Assembly (NCBI RefSeq): GCF_009914755.1
Contig: NC_060930.1
DNA: 64,000 nucleotides
Reading direction: 5' to 3' (one strand)
DNA from: the human T2T-CHM13v2.0 reference genome, Homo sapiens
Made by a program: the position numbers and the translations under genes
Notes under the pieces: generated by a model
The model's input: only the letters and a program-made list of their open reading frames with translations
Told to the model about the DNA's origin: nothing
Database searches by the model: none
Shown: positions 55,452-64,000 of the stretch, piece after piece
How the letters are laid out: every line of letters starts with the position of its first letter
How positions within the stretch are numbered: position 1 is the stretch's first letter

Positions 55452-58400
55452 CTGAAGTGGAGCTTCTAGCCACCCCCAGGAGTGCTGAGTGAACATGCAG
55501 GCTACTGCAGAACCCACTTGTGTCCACTGATCTCTCACAGCAGCTGGGAATTGTGGGTAAGCTCCCTCTTGGATTTTGGAGCTCCAGGGATTTGTGTTTT
55601 GAGCTCTCTGAGTTTCTTTGAGCAAATTTCTCATCCAAACTGGGTTTGGAAGTCATGACAGAAACTGGACTAGGTCCAGGATGGGATTTGATCTGGAAGT
55701 TAACTGGCTTGGATCCAGTTAGACGTCTCTTACATCTGACTGGGTCAGAAAAGAACTGGTAGTAAGCAGTAATATTGCAGGGGTTATAAAACTTGGCTTT
55801 TAAAATTCATGGAGCTTTTTGTGTTCTACCCTTTTGTTTCATTTTTCTTGCACACCTAGGTAGGAGGAATCATTGTCTAAGTTAATCAAGAGAATCTGAG
55901 AGTAAAGCCAATATTTTAGGTTAAAATGGGATTCTTAATTTCTGGAAAACTGAGCTCCTTTTGGCTTATGCATTAGGCCTGGGAGGCAGCAAAGTCTGGC
56001 AGAAATGTCAAAATCTTACTAAAGATAACTTACAATGGAATGTTCCAAATGAAAAACAATGCACTGAAGTGCATTAAAAGAAAAAGAAAAATGTTTTCTT
56101 TTGTGTTGCAGCTTGGCCCCCAGGGTTATGGTGTAGTGAGCTGGGTCACTAGAGCCACTCAGGGAAACGGAACCCAGAAGCCTGGCATGCCAGCAAAAGG
56201 GTAAGAATTTCTTACCAGTCAGATTTCTGGCTTCTCTCTCTGTGCAAACTACTTGAGTGAATGGTAAAAATCACGGTTTATCTCCTCTGTAAAGTTTTGA
56301 TTAATGCAAAAAAGAATTCTGAGGCTAGTCTTAAGCCATAATGAATCTGGTGTATTTTGTGCTATGAATTTGTTTTTCTATGTTGAGGGGTACCTTAGGA
56401 TAAAACATGGGCATAGGACCCCATAAGCTTGCTGCTCAAGATGGCCCAGCAAGCTGGCCAGTAATGAACTTTTCTGCAGGGGTCCCTGAAACAAACAAGA
56501 AACTGGATGAGGTATCCATCTTGTTTTATGTCCTTGGGGGCTTGAGCTTGTAACCACGTGGCAGTACTTTCTCTTGGTCTCCACCCTCCAGGGAACATGT
56601 ATTTTAGGGTTCATGTCATAGCTCTAAAAATTATCTTGAGTAGTTAAAAGCCTTTGCAAGCTCAAAATTAACTACTCTAGACTCTTTCTGGGATGGGCAA
56701 TTGGACTGCCCTGCACTGTGGCTCAGTAGACAAGGTTTTGCCCTTCCACTGTGGCAGTCTGGGTTTGATTCCCAGCTTAGGAAATGAGTGCTTTCTGGTT
56801 TGAAATCTGTGTAACCTTGTGGATTCTCTTCTCCTCCATGGACTATCTTAAATTTTCCTCTCTCTGAGTACCTGGGAAGTTACCTATGGTAAAGTTCAAA
56901 AGCCAGAAATATAGACTGTTTGGACTAGCTAAAGTCAGGTCATAAGAAATTTTAAAAGGACTTTACTAAAGAGTGCTATGGTTAAAAGCCAGCTTAATTA
57001 AAAGTGAATATTCAAGCTCTAACAGCCTGGACTCCTTGGGAAAAACAGGAGGCACCAGAGCCCGTTTCCTGGCCCTGTTCATCCAAGGACTCCACCCTAA
57101 AGCCAATAACCACTTAAGAAACTTAAAAACTGGCAAATGAAAAATTTTACAACTACAGTACTAATATTCAGTCTGTCTGTCTGTGTAGTTATATATGTGT
57201 TGTATATGTAAATGTTTATATAAAAGAGCTCTAATTGGCTTAAACAAAAATAAATACTTAAATATTTTGAAAGAAAAATAAAAACTGTAATGCCTTTTAG
57301 TTCATGTAACTTTAGTAATTTTGGGGAAAGAAAAACAGCTTCAAAGATTATTGGCAAAATAAAAACATTTGGTCTAAATTAGGCAGGTCAGATATTAGGT
57401 TTGCTAAATGCTTTAAGGTCATAAACTGCTTTGACTTTGGAAAATTTTCAATTTACTTTGGAGACATTAAATTCTAAATAAGGCCTGGGAATATGCAGAA
57501 TTAGCCATGCCCCTGAACTATGCAAAGAAGGTTATAAAGAAAGGAGATTTTATATAAGAAAGGATCTTGTATGGTAAGTTCTTGTCCTAAAGTAAAATGA
57601 CTGGTTGTTTAAAAGAGGGGATGTTTAGGACAAGTTAGAAAGTCCAAGCATGTCATAGGTGGTCTGTGTAAGTCATAAAAGGATTCATAAAAGAAAATTT
57701 ATGCACCAAAAGTGAAAGTTGAGACTACTGAAAACATAGGTTTACATATAAGATGTGTAAGGAGAATGAAATGTGTTTTTGGTACGAGATTATAAGAAGG
57801 TAAGGGAATGTAAATTTTTGCCTAGTTTACAGAGTTAAAGGATTGTTTTAAATTAAATAAAGCTAAAGGTTTAAATAAATTGTGGAAGGTTTATAAAAAT
57901 TAACTTTGTAAAAAATTCTATGTGTGAAAATATTGACTAAATTTAAAGGGGTATTATTCGGTTTTTCCATAAATTTAACATTGAAATAAAAGCACAACAG
58001 GTTTTTCTTAGAGCACTAATCTGCTCTTTAAAAAAATCATAAAAGGTTATACAAGGTTTATAATATTCTACCTTATGGTCAAACTGATTAATATTGAATA
58101 CATTTGCCTATAAGGTTTTATTAAGAATTGGGTTTGACATCAATAATGCACTGATGCAACAGTGACATTTGGCTTATTTGGTATAAAAATCACAGGAAGC
58201 ATTTTCAAAATAAAAATAATGTTTACTCTTCAGGTTATATTTTAGTGAATGATAGTAATATGTGTTCCAAAATTGAATGGGGATTCTAATATTTCTGAGT
58301 ATATGCTATCAATCATAATTAAGGTTATTATGTTGTTATTGTAGCCCACAGAGATAACCAAATTTCTTTGTCAATTGTGTCTTTAACTATCACTATTTAA

Positions 58401-58952
58401 AGTCATTTCCGCAGTTAATTGCTTGATACTGATGCAGTTTCTGAAAACTTCACAAGCATGCAAAATCCTATAATATGGTGTCTTTTAAGAGGTTTGTGAA
58501 AGAATGGAAAGGACCCTGAAAAGCACTCTTGAAAACAGGTTTCTAATAACTTTAAAATCATATCTTGGGTAAGAATTTCCCATGAATTCCCCAATTCCTC
58601 AAGAATTGGACTGGGTAAGAATTCCTGAAACTTTAATAAAAAGATTGGTTTATAAAACTGCTAACCCAAGTAGAACAAAAATTAATTAAATACCAAGAAA
58701 ACACTTTGCCAGATTATCATGTTAAATCAGCCAATACTAAAATTGTTTTGATATATAATTTGAATGAACTCCATGGTCTAAGTCAGATTACCTATGATAA
58801 CTCATTAGTTATCAGTGCTACGCACCTAAATTGGAAAAATAACTGGTATTCAAGAGGACATAAATCTAATGTTAAGCATGGACTCATGGAGAACCATGAT
58901 GGCCACCTTGTTCTTCCTGAGTCCTTAAAGCTTTTGTTATTAAAGGTTCTGC

Positions 58953-59381
<429 letters not shown>

Positions 59382-60060
59382 TCACTGAGGACAATGCCTT
59401 CATAATCTAGAACTCAAAGATTGGGTCTTCTGAGAACATCAGAGAAAGACTGTCCTTGCCATCCACACTACAGCAAAACTTGGGGACCTTGAACTTTGGG
59501 TTCATAATCTCAATACTGAGCAGTGTCCCTCCACACTCTTGGAACTGTACACCCATTGGGACCCTTAAGGTAAAGCTAACCAGGACAGTTTCTCCCCAGA
59601 AGATGGCATCCTTAATGTGAACAACTTTTTTCCAAAATCACAGATCAAGACTTCTCTGCTATCACGAAACAGTTATCTTTGAATATTTTTTTCTTGCTTA
59701 TGCCTCTATGAACAATAGAAGTGAAAAAGGGGTCTATTATGTGCACTTACAGCATATACTTTTATTTGTGAAGGATTTTGCAGCCAGCCTTATACATGAA
59801 TAACTTTATACTTTAATAGATAAAAGATGAAGGCCCAGTGTAAGTGAGAAACTTTAATGGTACATATATTGTCTCATAATCAGCCAAAACTCCTCTTAAC
59901 CCACATCAGGATTTAAAGAGAACATTGCCAGGTGGCCTTCACTCTTCTAGGACATCATTTGTTAGGTCCTGTTTCTGTTATTTTGAATAAAAGAGGCAAT
60001 AACTAGAAATGTATCCCTCATAATAGACTCCATAGCAGATTCTATGTAAAGGCAATCATT

Positions 60061-60720
<660 letters not shown>

Positions 60721-62229
60721 TTGCACGCAGCCATCTCTAGAATGTCAAATGGTCTCTCTTCAACTAGAATGATGAAAGCTGAAAGAAATGTGTGACCATA
60801 AGGACACCACAACCTATAAATGACATGCTGAGACTGGAAACTCAAAATGATGGTAATTGAGAGTGGTGCTAAGGCCCTAAGTTTTGGTCACAATCTCACC
60901 TAAGTGAGAACCTTGCCAAAGAGGGGAATTTTATTTTAAACAAAATTATGGGAGGCCATTATTTTGTACTGAGCTCATGCAGTAGGCCCAAACAGACCAA
61001 TCCAAACTAATATGGAGTTACTTGTGCTAAATATGACATAATTAAACTAAAACTTCAAGGAAACACAAAGATCCTAGAGCAGACCAGGTTTTGTTTTTCT
61101 CCTGTAAACAGAATGTTCCAGCATAAAGAGGTACCCCTACTCAGTCGTTGTTCCCTTCTTGCAAAACCCACTGTTCTATTGTTTCCCAGTGGGTTTCAAG
61201 ACCATAAGTACATTTACAATGGTGATAGTGACATCAATGACTAAGGTTTTGGTCAATCTCTCGAATTTGAGAAAATGACCAAAAGGGGGGGAATTGTTAA
61301 AGCAAACTAAACGTGGCCTGAGAAGGATTCCGTACTTCTATATTTGAGTCCTTGTGGATGAACAGCAACCTAGTTTAATAGTCAGAAAAGATTGAAAACC
61401 TAACTTAGGAGTATGCGCCTGTAACAATAACTGAGTCTTGGCCAATCCCAGTGGCCATCCTTCAACCACTCAGAGACTGCTAAATGTTCAAACTGTGTTC
61501 AAATAAGGCAAACGCCAGCCTGTAACCAGTCCAGCTATTTCTGTATCTCACTTCTGATTTCTGTACGTCATTTCCCCTTTTTCATCTATAAATATTCTTT
61601 TACCAAGTGGCTGCGCTGGAGTCTCTGTGACTCTGCTGTGATTCTGGGGTTGCCCAATTCATGAATCATTAATTGCTCAATTTAGAAAGGAAATGTTTGG
61701 GTTAGGATAAAGCATTGTGGAGATCCAAGTTCTTATTTACAGAGGAAGCCTTCAAGTACTAGGCTTTAGAGAGAATAGGTTGTAAAATGTTTCTTATCAG
61801 ACTTAAGGCCTGTGTCGATGTTAATGCTGGAGAGGTATAATGAGGCATGTTCAACCCCCATTTTTCATTTATGGGGGTTGAAACCATCTCTCAGGTTAAA
61901 TTTTAAAAGAGCCCTGGCTGATGAGCATGTCCATTCAGGTGGTTGGGGACCTTAGAATTTTATTTTTGGTTTACAAATTAGACAGGAGGAATAATTTCTG
62001 GTGATCTAGTGCATAGCAAGGTGACTGCAGTTAATTATAGTGTATTGTATGTATCAAAATTGCTAAAAGAAGGAATTTTAAATGTTCTCACCACAAATAA
62101 ATGATAAATATATGAGGGGATGGATACGTTAATTAGCCTGATCTGCTAATTCCCCAATGTATACATGTATCACAATGTCACATTTTACCCTATGGTATAG
62201 AAAATTATTATTTGTCAATTAAAAATTTT

Positions 62230-64000
62230 TCAAAGAGGGCAATGATAGCTTCCTGATATGAGTAGCAAAAAAAACAAAATGGCAGCACAAGCCAAAGTTT
62301 AACAGAGAGAATCAGGGAAAGAACATCTAAGAAGGGCCCAGATGGGATAATAGTCAACTCTAGGAGTTAGGAAGACTGTGTACATATGCTGGGCTTCACT
62401 CAGGAGCAATCGGAGAAAGGCACAGGGCATACCTGAAAACATTTCCAAAGCCACATGCAGATTCATCAAAAAGAGACAAAGCTTCATTGACACAAGGGGT
62501 TTAAGCACAATTCCTGACCAAACACTATAAATTACTGAACTATAAATTACTCTGACCCAAGAACAACTCATAGGAAGTCAGGTTTAAAAATAAAATTAAG
62601 ACTAGGTACAGTGGCTCATGCTTGTAATCGCAACACTTTAGGAGGCTGAGGGGGTGCGGATCACTTGAGGTCAGGAGTTCAAGACCACCCTGGCCATCAT
62701 GGTGAAACACCATCTCTACTAAAAATACAAAAATTAGCCAGTTGTGGTGGTGAGGGCCTGTAATCCCAGCTACTTGGGAGGCTGAGGCAGGAGAATTGCT
62801 TGAACTCAGGAGATGGAGGTTGAGCTGAGATCACGCTACTGTGCTCCAGCCTGGATGACAGAGTAAGACTCTGTCTCAAAAAAAAATAAAATAAAATAAA
62901 TAAATAAATAAAAATAAAAATAATACATCCCTGGCAATCTGAAAGACTGTTTCATGACAAAGCTGCACACTCAGGAGACATCAGAGAAGGAAAATACAAG
63001 CTACCCATTCCTGGTTGAATATAGGAGAAAAAGATAAACTCCTTGAATTGTGATAGCCTCCATACTACACATACATCCCATGGTAAAGGTTAAAAGTCTA
63101 ACTTACTAGAAGATCTTAAGCACAGTCTCTGACAAATAAGTGGCTTATACTGACCTACAGGCAACTCCTAGGTAGTCAGAATAAAATATAAAACAAGAAA
63201 AAAAATCAGAGAAGGGACATCAAAGGCTGCACACTTCAGAAGAAATAAACTTCACATAGTTAGGTCTGCCAAGTCACTGAACAAATAAACAACCAAAACA
63301 ACAGCATCATTAACTTGGAGAGAGGTCAAAGATCACAACTGAGGGTACTGGTGATCTAAAAACTAAAGAAAACTATATCTAAAAATTAAAGAAAGGTATA
63401 AAAGTGTCTCATCAAATAAAGAATTTCAATAAAGAGAGAAATCATTTTAAAATAATCAAATGGAAATTCTGGAGGTGAAAATTTCAATAACAAATAAAAA
63501 CATCACTAGAAGTACTCAACGGCAAATTTGAATTAACAGGAGAATGAGTCAGCAAACTTGAAGATAGATTTATAGAGATTATACTATCTGAAGAGTACAA
63601 AAAAAGAATAAAAATAACAAACAGTACTTCAGAGAAATGTGGGAAATCATTAAATGCACCAACATATGTGTAATGGGAATAGCGGAAGTGAAGGAGAGAA
63701 AGAAAAATACAGAAAAATATCTAAACAAATAAAGGTTGATGAAACCAAAAGCACAAGTATAAAACAAAAATAGGCAAATGGAATTATATCAAACTAAAAA
63801 TCTGCACAGCAAAGGAAACAATCAACAGAGTGAAGAGACAACATATGGAATGAGAGAAAATGTTTGCAAGTCGTACATCTGATAAGAGGTTAACATCCAA
63901 AATACATAAGGAACTCCAATAAATCAATAGTAAGAAAACAAATAACCTGGTTACAAAATAGGCAAATAATCTGAATAGACATTTCTCAAAAGAAGACATA
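62230..64000 (+). mobile_element. L1M fragments (5'/ORF1/ORF2) to window end
   Basis: ORF1-like aatcaaatggaaattctggaggtgaaaa and ORF2-like gaaacaatcaacagagtgaagagacaa. Confidence 0.75.
62600..62920 (+). mobile_element. AluSx/Sz-like
   Basis: Full Alu with (AAAAT/AAAT)n tail. Confidence 0.92.

Overview
Primate genomic DNA, most likely human or great ape (AluY, HERV-H/LTR7, HSMAR1). I recognise no intact protein-coding exon, RNA gene or CpG island. Both ends (about 1-13 kb and 42-64 kb) are almost entirely transposon-derived. The middle (about 13-42 kb) is mostly unique or anciently repetitive (MIR/L2/MLT) sequence with scattered Alus, a CTCF-like site, an enhancer-like motif cluster and several local duplications. 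Main elements: (1) a 5.74-kb HERV-H provirus at 44131-49869 with two LTR7s, a His-tRNA PBS and a GTATG target-site duplication (TSD); (2) a full-length RPSA processed pseudogene on the minus strand (about 51976-53031); (3) an internally deleted HSMAR1; (4) a rearranged MER57A-type provirus (55327-61682) nested in a MER4 LTR, itself inside an L1MA. Its LTR is circularly permuted and its left end forms a 46-bp inverted repeat, which is the most unusual structure I found. There are also five MER57-family LTR loci in 64 kb and a ~96%-identical 291-bp non-TE duplication. Repeat family and subfamily names come from recalled consensus sequences and need RepeatMasker/Dfam confirmation. Boundaries of old elements are approximate.
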